The notes under the pieces: model-generated
Databases searched by the model: none
Told to the model about the DNA's origin: nothing
What the model saw: only the letters and a program-made list of their open reading frames with translations
Position numbers and translations under genes: made by a program
IMG/VR virus record: IMGVR_UViG_3300038393_002651
Span: 1-26,993 of that record
Direction: 5' to 3' (one strand)
Source of the DNA: a virus
Lineage: Duplodnaviria > Caudoviricetes
DNA: 26,993 nucleotides
Part shown: positions 1 through 8,387 of the stretch, in pieces
How the letters are laid out: each line of letters starts with the position of its first letter
Position numbering within the stretch: position 1 is the first letter of the stretch

Positions 1-3000
1 AACCAGACGGTTGCCTGGCGCGGCTTCACGACGGTCGCGTTCGAAGGCGGCCGCTACGGCGCCATGAACCCATATCCGCAGCCGGCGAGCTACAAGATCC
101 GGCGCATCCTGCAAGGATGGGATGGCGGAACGGCGTGGTATCCGGAAACAGCGCCTATCCCGATGGGTGCTGACTTCACAGGCTCGTTGGTGCTGGTGAC
201 CCCAACGAGCGGCGATTGGCGCTATCTGCAGGTCCCGACTGCGGACGACACGGACTACTCGTCGCCCAGCTTCGACGACAGTGCCTGGAGCATCGGCGTC
301 GCGCCGTTTGCGGGTGGCGTTTCGCAGACACTTGGCGAGCCAACCTTCCCCGCCGTCCAGAACACGCCATACACGCTCAACACGAAAATGTGGATCAGGC
401 GCACGTTCGCTGCGACCGGCGAGCACGACCTGTTCCTGCAGGTGTTTTGCGATGACCACGCTTCAGTCTGGGTGAACGGGACGCAGCTGCTGGACTTCGC
501 CGGCACCAGCGTAGGTGGAACGCTCGCGGATTTCCTCCATGAGATAACAATCCCCAAGGCGCTGCTGATCAACGGCAGCAACAGCCTCGTGATTCTCGCG
601 GATGATCGGGGACCCATTGGGCCCGGCGCCGCTTGCTACGTATCCGCCAAGCTGAGTATCGAGTGGGGCACCGGGCTGCTCGCGATAAATCCCGCCCACG
701 TGCTCTACGAATCGCTCACCAACGGCGAGATGGGTCGCGAGCCCGTCGACAACATCAACGACGCGAGCTTTCGTGCCGCTGCGGACAAGCTCTACAGCGA
801 AGCTTTCGGCATCTGCCCGAAATGGGACCCCGCGAGCGAGAGTCTCGAGGACTTCCAGCAACGCATCTGCAAGCTGATCGGCGGCAGTCTGTCGCGCAGC
901 CTCGAGGACGGTCAGTGGTACCTGGATCTGGCACGTGGTGATTACGTGCTCGAGGACCTGCCCATCCTCACCGATGACGACATCCTCGACTTCAAGGAAC
1001 AGCCGTCCACATTCGATAGTGCGATCAACAGCGTCAGCGTCCGCTACTTCGATCCGGAGAAGAAAGAAACGATCGTCACGCCCCCGGTTCGGGCCCTCGG
1101 TCTCGTCACCTCCTTCGGCACCATCCACCAGACCTACGATTACCCCGAAATCCCCACCGCCGAGCTTGCCACTCGTGTTGCCTTGCGCGAGCTGTTGGCG
1201 ACGACCACACCGACGCGCGCGTTCGATCAGGCGACGACTCGACGCAGCTACGCCTGGCGGCCAAACCAGTACTTCAGGATGCAGGCGCCGAAGCGCGGCA
1301 TCGCAGACATGGTGTGCGTGGTCGGCGAGAAACAAAGCGGGACGCTGAAGTCCGGCGCGATCAAGCTCAAGGCGGCGCAGGACATCTACAGCCTGCCGTC
1401 GACCAGCTTCGTGCAGGTCGAGCCGGGTGTCGATCCAGGCCCATCGCAGACGCCGTCGCCAATCACCCTGCAGGAAACGATCGAAGCGCCGTACGTGCAG
1501 GTCGTCGGATCCATGGCGAGCAGCGAGTTCGCTGCCCTGTCGGTCGACGCCGGCTTCGCGATGGCCGTCGCTGCGGTGCCGGTGGCCGAGCTCGACTTCA
1601 CCCTGATGGTTGCGCCAAGCGGCGGCAGCTACGCCGAAGCCGGCGAAGGCGAGTGGACAGCGACCGCCACGGTCAACGAGACAGCAGGGAAGAGCGACAC
1701 GTCCTTCACCCTCGCGAGCGGAAGCCGCCTGGATCGCGTGACGGTCGGCATGGGGGTGCTCTGGGACGGCGAAGTCGGTCGCGTCGACGCCATCGATGCC
1801 GGCGCCGGCACGATCACGATCGCCCGTGGCTGCGCTGACACCGTCCCCGTAGCGCATGTGGCGAACAGTCGCCTCTGGTTCTACGAGGTCGGCTTCGCCT
1901 ACGACGCGGCCGAATACACCGACGGCGAGACGGTCGACGTCAAGCTACTGAGCAACACCGGCAGCCAGCAGCTTGCGCTCGGGCTGGCCACGGCGATGTC
2001 GCTCACGTTCGACAAGCGGGTCGCGCGGCCGTATCCGCCCGGCAAGGTGCAAATCAACGCCCTGAACTGGCCGGGCACGGTCTCTGGCGCCTTCACTGTG
2101 TCCTGGGCGCATCGCGACCGCGGCCAGCAGGCCGACCAGCTGGTCGACACCTCTGCGGCGAGCATCGGGCCCGAGAGCACGGTGCGGTATGCCCTGCGCT
2201 TTGAGAATGCGGGCACGGCCGCGCTGATCGTGGAGCGCACCGACCTCGCTGACACACCCGCGACGGTCCAGCTAGGGTCCTCGGCCCCGGCCAGTGTGCG
2301 GATGAAGCTCTGGGCCATCAGCGATAACGGTGACAGCTGGCAGACCCACGAGCACGTTTTCGCGTTCTCCGGCGGAAGCGGCTTCCCGGCGATTACCGGC
2401 GACACCTACGTCCCGCCGTCCGGGACGATCATCGACGGCGGCGTGGTCACCGGTGGATCGGTTCCGCCGAGTGAGCCGGATGTGCCGAGCGGCGGCACCG
2501 GCAGTTCGTCCAGTCTGCCCGCGCGTGCTCGCGGCACGACTGTGGTTGACCCCGTCACCTACGGCGCAGATCCAACCGGCGTGGCCGACTCGACGGCGGC
2601 CTTCAACGCGGCTTTCGCTGCGCTCCCGACATCCGGAGTGAATCAGGGCGGCACCGTGCGGCCCTCGGCCGGCATCTACAAGATCAACCCGAACACCTCA
2701 GTCAAACTGCTGACGAAGACTTTCCTCGACCTCGAGACGCACGACGTCACGTTGCAGGAGAGCTATACCGCGACAGACCACAAGTACGGCGTCTGGTGCC
2801 AGGACATTACCGACTTCGAGATCGCCGGCGGCACGATCATCGGCTACCGCGACGAATGGGCGCCGATCTCGGGCACGACGTCAGAGTGGGGTCATGGCAT
2901 CGCGGTTTACGGGGTGCTCCGCGGAACGATCCGCAACGTCACGGTCAAGAAATGTGTCGGTGACGCGATCAGCATCGCGTCGCACGCCGGCACGCGCACT

Positions 3001-3573
3001 GACGATGTCATCGTCGACAACTGCGTGCTCACGTATTGCCGCCGGCAGGGCGTGAGTCTTGGCGTGTCAGACAACGTGAAGATCCAGAACAACGAGATCA
3101 GCCACATCGGAGGCACGTCCCCGCAGGCCGGTATTGACGTCGAACCAGACAATTACGCCACCGACCACACGACGACCGTCACGATCAACAACAACTACAT
3201 CCACGACTGCAGCGGTCCTGGCGTGCAGTGCTACAAGAGCGCCGATGGGTTAGCGATCACGAACAATCGGCTCGAATACAACAATTACGGCCTCTACGCC
3301 TACAACAGCCACACCGGCACCTTCACCGGCAACACCGTGAAGCACAACCGAAATTACGGCGTGAAGCTGGCCGGCAGCAGCAGCGGCTACACGATCGGCG
3401 GGGCCGGCGCGCTGCAGAACACATTCTTCAACAACCGCACCGACACGTACGGGTTGAAGACAACGGGAAGCACTGCGGCCATCACAGGCCAAAATGCCGC
3501 GACCGCGAAGCACATCAGCATCGCATCGACGGTCACGAGCACCACCGTCAGCACGAATCAATACGGACCCTGA
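1..3573 (+). CDS. Tail tip / host-specificity protein, 5'-truncated, with inserted jelly-roll sugar-binding-like domain and C-terminal right-handed beta-helix (putative depolymerase)
   Basis: Frame is open from base 1 (NQTVAWRGF...MNPYP), so the ATG at 64 is internal. Tail-tip motifs NPAHVLYE, ARGCADTVP, RPYPPG and WAHRDR are present. The C-terminal YGADPTGVADSTAAFNAA is followed by Asn-rich beta-helix repeats. Confidence 0.85.
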   Translation, partial: NQTVAWRGFTTVAFEGGRYGAMNPYPQPASYKIRRILQGWDGGTAWYPETAPIPMGADFTGSLVLVTPTSGDWRYLQVPTADDTDYSSPSFDDSAWSIGVAPFAGGVSQTLGEPTFPAVQNTPYTLNTKMWIRRTFAATGEHDLFLQVFCDDHASVWVNGTQLLDFAGTSVGGTLADFLHEITIPKALLINGSNSLVILADDRGPIGPGAACYVSAKLSIEWGTGLLAINPAHVLYESLTNGEMGREPVDNINDASFRAAADKLYSEAFGICPKWDPASESLEDFQQRICKLIGGSLSRSLEDGQWYLDLARGDYVLEDLPILTDDDILDFKEQPSTFDSAINSVSVRYFDPEKKETIVTPPVRALGLVTSFGTIHQTYDYPEIPTAELATRVALRELLATTTPTRAFDQATTRRSYAWRPNQYFRMQAPKRGIADMVCVVGEKQSGTLKSGAIKLKAAQDIYSLPSTSFVQVEPGVDPGPSQTPSPITLQETIEAPYVQVVGSMASSEFAALSVDAGFAMAVAAVPVAELDFTLMVAPSGGSYAEAGEGEWTATATVNETAGKSDTSFTLASGSRLDRVTVGMGVLWDGEVGRVDAIDAGAGTITIARGCADTVPVAHVANSRLWFYEVGFAYDAAEYTDGETVDVKLLSNTGSQQLALGLATAMSLTFDKRVARPYPPGKVQINALNWPGTVSGAFTVSWAHRDRGQQADQLVDTSAASIGPESTVRYALRFENAGTAALIVERTDLADTPATVQLGSSAPASVRMKLWAISDNGDSWQTHEHVFAFSGGSGFPAITGDTYVPPSGTIIDGGVVTGGSVPPSEPDVPSGGTGSSSSLPARARGTTVVDPVTYGADPTGVADSTAAFNAAFAALPTSGVNQGGTVRPSAGIYKINPNTSVKLLTKTFLDLETHDVTLQESYTATDHKYGVWCQDITDFEIAGGTIIGYRDEWAPISGTTSEWGHGIAVYGVLRGTIRNVTVKKCVGDAISIASHAGTRTDDVIVDNCVLTYCRRQGVSLGVSDNVKIQNNEISHIGGTSPQAGIDVEPDNYATDHTTTVTINNNYIHDCSGPGVQCYKSADGLAITNNRLEYNNYGLYAYNSHTGTFTGNTVKHNRNYGVKLAGSSSGYTIGGAGALQNTFFNNRTDTYGLKTTGSTAAITGQNAATAKHISIASTVTSTTVSTNQYGP

Positions 3574-3576
3574 GCC

Positions 3577-4062
3577 ATGGCCGAAGAGGTCATCTACTAC
3601 CGGTTTCGCTGCAGGCGGGACACGGCTGCCAATTTGGCGGCCGTCAACGAGACGCCACTCGAAGGCGAGTGGTGCTTCGAGATCGACACAGGACTGGCAA
3701 AGATTGGTGATGGCGGCACGCCATACAACGACATTCCGTACTACGACGCGGTCTTCCACTGCGATGCGACCGGGACGAATGATCTCACCGTCGCTCTGCC
3801 GGTCGCGTTGCAGCTGTACGACAAGATCCTTCTGCACGTCAGGGCGTCGGCCGCAAATACCGGCGCGGCCACATTCAACACGCTGCCCATCACGAAGCAC
3901 GGTGGCGCCGCCCTGGTCGCTGGCGACATCGCGGGTGCTGGCCACGATCTGCTGCTCGTCTACGCGGAAGCCGCGGCGCGCTGGGAGCTGCTGAACCCGG
4001 CCGTGACCAACAGCACCAGCACGCCAGCCCTGATGTTTTCGCGCATTTCGATGAGGATCTGA
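3577..4062 (+). CDS. Tail protein with Mtd_N / hyaluronidase-N-like domain
   Basis: The motif RRDTAAN...PLEGE..FEIDTG..KIGDG.TPYNDIPY is typical of the major tropism determinant N-terminal domain; located in the tail operon. Confidence 0.75.
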   Translation: MAEEVIYYRFRCRRDTAANLAAVNETPLEGEWCFEIDTGLAKIGDGGTPYNDIPYYDAVFHCDATGTNDLTVALPVALQLYDKILLHVRASAANTGAATFNTLPITKHGGAALVAGDIAGAGHDLLLVYAEAAARWELLNPAVTNSTSTPALMFSRISMRI

Positions 4063-4940
4063 TGATTCTTCTGACCTCCACTGATTCGCTTCAGGTCCTG
4101 CTCGCTGGCGCCGTTGCGGCAAACCAAGGTGTGCTGTACGCCGCCTTCGTTGATGTCGATGCAGCATCCTTTGCAGCGAGCGCCGCTGGGAACAGCAGTG
4201 GCGTAACAAACAACACGACGGCCGTCAGTTGGTGTGCAGCGTCGGCCTCGGGCAAGTTCCGCCAAATCAAGTACCTGTCGCTATACAACGCGGACACTGC
4301 GAGTATCACTGCGACCGTGCGTGTGAACGACGGCACGAACAATCGCACGCTGGTGACGGTCACGCTTGCGCCAGGTGAGCGCATCGCTTACGTGGATGGT
4401 CATGGGTTCACGACCTTCAACGCTGCGGGTCAGCCCTCGCTGGCGATAGCGCTCGCCGACAACGTCGTCACGAACGCAAAGCTGGCGGATGTTGCGACGG
4501 CAACGTTCAAAGGTCGGACCTCAGCGGGCACTGGTGACCCAGAGGACATGACGGTGGCGCAGGCGGCTGCGCTGCTGCAGGGCGACGGCATGACCGCTGC
4601 CCTTTGTGGCACGCGCGGCATTGTCGTGACCAGCAAGAGCGCGAATTACACCGTCGCTGCGGCAGACTGCGGGTCGATTATTTATCACCCCGTGACGGAC
4701 ACGACCGCGCGGACGTGGACCCTCCCGGCGAATGGCACTCTGGCTTTGCCGGTAGGTTTCGCCGTGACATTCGATAATGATGTAGGTGCCGGCATCCTGA
4801 GCATCGCCATCACGACTGACACACTCGTCTGGGTCGGCAATGGCAGCACGGGCACACGCTCGATCGCCGCCGGCGGCCAGGCAACAGCGGTCAAGGTGAC
4901 ACCAACTCGCTGGCGAATTGCCGGCACGGGCCTGAGCTGA
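4062..4940 (+). CDS. Tail fibre-like protein
   Basis: Ala/Thr/Gly-rich, VTNAKLA fibre motif, C-terminal SANYTVAAADCG...TRWRIAGTGLS domain; TGATG coupling on both sides. Confidence 0.65.
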   Translation: MILLTSTDSLQVLLAGAVAANQGVLYAAFVDVDAASFAASAAGNSSGVTNNTTAVSWCAASASGKFRQIKYLSLYNADTASITATVRVNDGTNNRTLVTVTLAPGERIAYVDGHGFTTFNAAGQPSLAIALADNVVTNAKLADVATATFKGRTSAGTGDPEDMTVAQAAALLQGDGMTAALCGTRGIVVTSKSANYTVAAADCGSIIYHPVTDTTARTWTLPANGTLALPVGFAVTFDNDVGAGILSIAITTDTLVWVGNGSTGTRSIAAGGQATAVKVTPTRWRIAGTGLS

Positions 4941-5566
4941 TGGGCACGATCCAGCAGATGCTGCTCGGCGAGTACGCCACCACGTCCACTTCGCTGTACT
5001 GGAACCCGTCAGATAAAGCTGCGGAGCTCACGCTATCGAATGCCTTCGCCACGTGCTTGCGTTCGACCACGAACGACGGCGCGTGGCGGATGGTGAGAGG
5101 GGTTTCTTCGCACAACACGGGCAAGTGGTACGCCGAGATCCTGATCGACGCGAACGGCGCAGGCAACGGTTCGGTCATCTTCGGGCTCGCGCTTGCCGGG
5201 GCAGGCCTGTCCGGCTACGTCGGCAGTGACGCGAATAGTCTCGGTATCCAGCCGAACAATACCGCCAACGTCAGCACGTATTTCACCGGCGGGCAAACGA
5301 CGTTCGGCACTAGTTTGGTGGCCGGCCCTGGAGATCGCGCTATGGTCGCGATCGACATCGATGCGGGCAAAGTGTGGTTCGGATCCAAAGGTACTTGGCT
5401 CGGCTCGGGGAATCCCGCTGCAGGCACCGGACAGCAATACAACGTCTCGCCGCAGGCTTTCTATCTCGCGCTCTCCGAGAGCCTCAGCCCAGCGCAAACT
5501 ACGCTCAAGAGCCGCAGCGGCGACAATCTCTACACGCCGCCGACCGGGTTCAGTATGTGGGGCTGA
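4940..5566 (+). CDS. SPRY/B30.2 (concanavalin-A-like) domain tail-associated protein
   Basis: WNPSDK, GKWYAEI, VAIDIDAGKVWFG and YTPPTGF motifs seen in phage SPRY proteins. Confidence 0.75.
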   Translation: MGTIQQMLLGEYATTSTSLYWNPSDKAAELTLSNAFATCLRSTTNDGAWRMVRGVSSHNTGKWYAEILIDANGAGNGSVIFGLALAGAGLSGYVGSDANSLGIQPNNTANVSTYFTGGQTTFGTSLVAGPGDRAMVAIDIDAGKVWFGSKGTWLGSGNPAAGTGQQYNVSPQAFYLALSESLSPAQTTLKSRSGDNLYTPPTGFSMWG

Positions 5567-6404
5567 GCCTCGCCCTCAACTCGAGCAAATCTCCATTGCC
5601 GCGCATACGCGCAAGCGAACCCGCGAAACGGCGTAGACGCGAGCCTGCAATCGGCGCGTAGGGCTGCGTCAGCGACTCGACATGGAATCCGGACCGCTTG
5701 CACAGCAGACGCAGGCTTCGCTTCGAATAGAAGAACGTGTGATGCAGTGAGAAGGCATCGAAGTGCGGCTGCCACTTGCCCGTCCATCGACGCAGCCGGT
5801 CAAGGTCGTTGTCGAACTGAAACGGCACTTCGATCCAGAGCAGACCGTGTGCCGTGAGGTGTTCCCGGCACCACTTCAAATGCGCCAGCGGATCGGGCAC
5901 GTGTTCGAAGACGTGGTTCATGTGGATCACGTCGAAGCGCCCGATCTCTGCGTCGGGCGCGTGCAGCAGCAACCCGCGTGCTGCCGCCTGGTCGCGGGCC
6001 GCGTCTGAAAACTCGATGCCCTCGGCACGCATGCCGAGCGAGCGCGCGATCTCGACAAATTCCCCCGTCGCGGCGCCATAGTCCAGCACCGAGCGTGCGC
6101 CTTCCGCGATCATCTGCCTGATGCGTTCGGCGAAGCTGTCCAAGCGCTGCGCTGCGAACTGCGCGTAACCGGTGTCGCCCCCACCGAAGTAGTGCTCGGC
6201 GCTGTAGACGACATGCAACGCGTCAGGAGCGGGGCGCGGCGAGAGCCAACGCAGGGCGCATCCGCGGCACCGCAGGACGCCGTAACGCGCGGGAAGCGCA
6301 AGCAGCCTAGCCCAGCGGCGATCAGAGTTGCCTTGGCGGCCGCATAGGTTGCACAGCGGCACCGTTTCGGTGGCGAGCGTGCTGAGAGAAGTCTCGGCAT
6401 TCAA
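5550..6404 (-). CDS. Class I SAM-dependent methyltransferase with N-terminal CxxC/CxxC (glycan-cluster type); start uncertain (6446, 6404 or 6362)
   Basis: SVLDYGAATG motif I, GIEFS, FDVIHMNHVFEHVPDP; CNLCG and CRGC cysteine pairs. Confidence 0.85.
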   Translation of the reverse strand: MNAETSLSTLATETVPLCNLCGRQGNSDRRWARLLALPARYGVLRCRGCALRWLSPRPAPDALHVVYSAEHYFGGGDTGYAQFAAQRLDSFAERIRQMIAEGARSVLDYGAATGEFVEIARSLGMRAEGIEFSDAARDQAAARGLLLHAPDAEIGRFDVIHMNHVFEHVPDPLAHLKWCREHLTAHGLLWIEVPFQFDNDLDRLRRWTGKWQPHFDAFSLHHTFFYSKRSLRLLCKRSGFHVESLTQPYAPIAGSRLRRFAGSLARMRGNGDLLELRARLSPTY

Positions 6405-6582
6405 GAGGACACCGCCGGTCCTGAGCGCATCGGCCGAGCCTAGCAAGGTCCTGGCATTGCTTCCATTGCGCGAAGGAGATAGGCCCCGCGATGGCGCAGA
6501 AAATCAGGCTCACGATCAGGAGGCCGTTGGGCCCTCCCCACAATTCGACGCTCGTCAGGTAACGCAGGGCATTGCTCTTCAT
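6322..6582 (-). CDS. Small putative membrane protein (about 86 aa, MKSNALRY...)
   Basis: Its ATG overlaps the acyltransferase stop (ATGA at 6579-6582); hydrophobic segment LLIVSLIFCAIAGPISFA; fills the gap between the two enzyme genes. Confidence 0.5.
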   Translation of the reverse strand: MKSNALRYLTSVELWGGPNGLLIVSLIFCAIAGPISFAQWKQCQDLARLGRCAQDRRCPLECRDFSQHARHRNGAAVQPMRPPRQL

Positions 6583-7544
6583 GCGCCGAGCGTAGCGCCT
6601 GCCGGGCCGACTCGGCGACGCTGTCGAAATGCCCGTTCCACCGTGCCATACGACGTCGAAGCGAGCACGAGGCCGCCGCCGAGCGATGCGACGAGAATCA
6701 CCGGCCACGTCTGCGACTCGCGGAACAGCATCGCGATCGGCCAGTGGAACAGATAGAGCCCGTAAGAAATACGGCCCAGGTAGGGCAGCGGGCGCCACGT
6801 CAGCAGCTCCGCGCCGCTGCGCGCCCACATCACCAGCGCAGCCCCCAGCCATTCGGCACGGATGTTCGTGATGCCCATCGGGTCTGTCGACAGCGCGGTC
6901 AGCATCCCCAGCGGCAGCACAGCCCAGCCCCAGCCCTTGCGCGCCGGCAAGAAGGCGAGCAGCGAGCCCAGGAGCAGGCCAGAGAGGCGGGTGTCGAATC
7001 GGTAGTTCGCGATCCAGTCGCCAGCGTTGTCGGCCACGTGCAAGCGCCACCCCGTGGCGACGATGTAGCCGAGCACCAGCATGCTCAATGCGGTTCGCCG
7101 CGGCATCCGGCACAGCGCCATGACGCACAGTGGCCAGAGCAGATAGAAGTGCTCCTCGACCGCCAGGCTCCATGTGTGCTTGATGGTTTCGCTCAGGTGC
7201 CCGTACGCGGCGGCGTAGTCGGACAGGTAGAACACCGCGATGCTCGCATCCGCACCTGTCGGCGCATGCGCGCCCCATAGCGGCGCAAACGCCATTACCA
7301 GCCCGACCATCAGCAGCAGGGCCGGGTACAGGCGTCGCGCGCGTCGCAGGTAGAACGCGCCGAGCTTGATGCCGCCGGCGTGTTGCTCGGCGGCGAGCAA
7401 CGACGTGATCAGAAACCCGGACAGCACAAAGAACACGTCCACGCCTGAGCGCCCATTCTCGAATCCCGGGACGAAGGCGTGATGGCACACCACAGCCAAC
7501 ACCGCCAATGCCCGAATGCCGTCCAAGGCTGGGTTATATCTCAT
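6579..7544 (-). CDS. Acyltransferase family 3 (OafA/YrhL-like) membrane O-acyltransferase
   Basis: LDGIRALAVLAVVCHH, GVDVFFVLSGFLIT, RRARRLYP, HTWSLAVEEHFY and LGRISYGLYLFHWP motifs; no SGNH domain. Confidence 0.93.
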   Translation of the reverse strand: MRYNPALDGIRALAVLAVVCHHAFVPGFENGRSGVDVFFVLSGFLITSLLAAEQHAGGIKLGAFYLRRARRLYPALLLMVGLVMAFAPLWGAHAPTGADASIAVFYLSDYAAAYGHLSETIKHTWSLAVEEHFYLLWPLCVMALCRMPRRTALSMLVLGYIVATGWRLHVADNAGDWIANYRFDTRLSGLLLGSLLAFLPARKGWGWAVLPLGMLTALSTDPMGITNIRAEWLGAALVMWARSGAELLTWRPLPYLGRISYGLYLFHWPIAMLFRESQTWPVILVASLGGGLVLASTSYGTVERAFRQRRRVGPAGATLGA

Positions 7545-7551
7545 GGGCGTA

Positions 7552-7560
7552 ACGCTACCA
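7552..7560 (-). promoter_or_regulatory. Putative extended -10 promoter for a leaderless acyltransferase mRNA
   Basis: Minus strand reads TGgTAGCGT 7 nt before the ATG, with no Shine-Dalgarno. Confidence 0.45.
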
Positions 7561-7629
7561 GCAGCCTGAAAGCGGCGCCTGTAGGAAAATTCCTCATCCC
7601 CCGCGCGGCATTCCCTGATTCCACTGGTG

Positions 7630-7845
7630 CTACTCGCCGGAGGCGGCGTAGCGCTGCGCCAGTTGGCGATACCTTGAGATCTCGCGCCGTAGGTTGTCCA
7701 TGCCGTTCACCTTGCTGCGGACCCGGCGCCAGTTCGACGACGGGACGTAGTCCCTTCGGTAGCTGTCGAGCGTGGCCTCGAGCTCGGTGACCTTCGCCTC
7801 TGCCCATTCCCGCTTGGTGCGGTGTCGTCTGCGCTGCGTACTCAT
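7630..7845 (-). CDS. Small basic hypothetical protein (71 aa, MSTQRRRH...)
   Basis: In-frame ATG at 7845 within the listed 7630..7914 ORF; coiled-coil-like; the longer start would run through an attP arm repeat. Confidence 0.55.
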   Translation of the reverse strand: MSTQRRRHRTKREWAEAKVTELEATLDSYRRDYVPSSNWRRVRSKVNGMDNLRREISRYRQLAQRYAASGE

Positions 7846-7990
7846 GACGCGCAGCCTGACCGACGTCGTTCGCAGGCGGCGCGACTCCTGAAAATTGGAG
7901 GGCCGGCCTAGCAACGGTGCGGCCTCTGACGGGTCCTGTCCTGAGAAAAACGGGACCTAAGTCGCTGTTTTTCATGCGCAGGAAACCGGC

Positions 7991-8035
7991 CTGTTAATCA
8001 GGGGGTCGTTGGTTCGAGTCCAACTTCGGGCGCCA
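7991..8035 (+). other. att core: 3' half of tRNA-Asn(GTT), anticodon loop to CCA (not a complete tRNA)
   Basis: CTGTTAA anticodon loop, T-arm GTTGG-TTCGAGT-CCAAC, TTCGGGC-GCCA end; no matching 5' acceptor strand or D-arm upstream. Confidence 0.9.
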
Positions 8036-8039
8036 GAAA

Positions 8040-8052
8040 TATCAAGGGCTTG
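8040..8052 (+). promoter_or_regulatory. IHF binding site
   Basis: TATCAAGGGCTTG matches WATCAANNNNTTR exactly. Confidence 0.65.
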
Positions 8053-8075
8053 CGAGCGATCGCAGGCCCTTTTTT
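8044..8075 (+). terminator. Intrinsic terminator for the tRNA regenerated after integration
   Basis: AAGGGCTTGCGA-gcga-TCGCAGGCCCTT stem with a GNRA loop, followed by a T run. Confidence 0.85.
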
Positions 8076-8143
8076 CTTCGTCTCCTGAAAATTCTCCTGA
8101 AAATTCGGTCATGGCGAGGGCCTTTGGCGGCTAGGGAATTGGT

Positions 8144-8365
8144 TCAGTCGAACAGCAGCGAGTAGCGCCCGCCGAGCAGCTCGCGCCGGCCCTGCGGCGA
8201 TGGATAGCTGCCCTCAAGCCGATAGATTTCCTGCGCCACTTCCTGCACGGCTGGGTCGAAGGGAGCCACGCGGCCCATGAGCTTGTGCCGGACTTCCGAC
8301 AGATCCGAGCCGATGATCCATCCCGCGATCGTCCCGCCTTCCCCGTTCTGCAGCAGACAGACCAT
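8144..8365 (-). CDS. Hypothetical protein (73 aa, MVCLLQNGEGG...)
   Basis: AGGAG ribosome-binding site before the ATG at 8365; lies just downstream of int. Confidence 0.6.
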   Translation of the reverse strand: MVCLLQNGEGGTIAGWIIGSDLSEVRHKLMGRVAPFDPAVQEVAQEIYRLEGSYPSPQGRRELLGGRYSLLFD

Positions 8366-8387
8366 CCGCTTTATCTCCTGTTCCGAA

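Larger units (their letters stand above)
7885..8105. other. attP region
   Basis: tRNA-derived core flanked by CTCCTGAAAATT repeats and an IHF consensus, adjacent to the integrase. Confidence 0.85.
7885..8105 (+). repeat. Integrase arm-type sites: CTCCTGAAAATT x3 (7885-7896, 8082-8093, 8094-8105), degenerate copy near 7938
   Basis: Exact 12-bp direct repeats on both sides of the core. Confidence 0.75.

Noticed and set aside
3577-5566. Diversity-generating retroelement suggested by the Mtd_N domain
   Set aside because: No reverse transcriptase and no template/variable repeat pair seen in the window.
5550-6404. DNA methyltransferase / restriction-modification component
   Set aside because: Lacks DPPY/NPPY or PC catalytic motifs; resembles small-molecule or glycan methyltransferases.
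7960-8035. Complete tRNA-Asn gene
   Set aside because: No 5' acceptor strand, D-arm or 5' anticodon stem; only the att core half is present.
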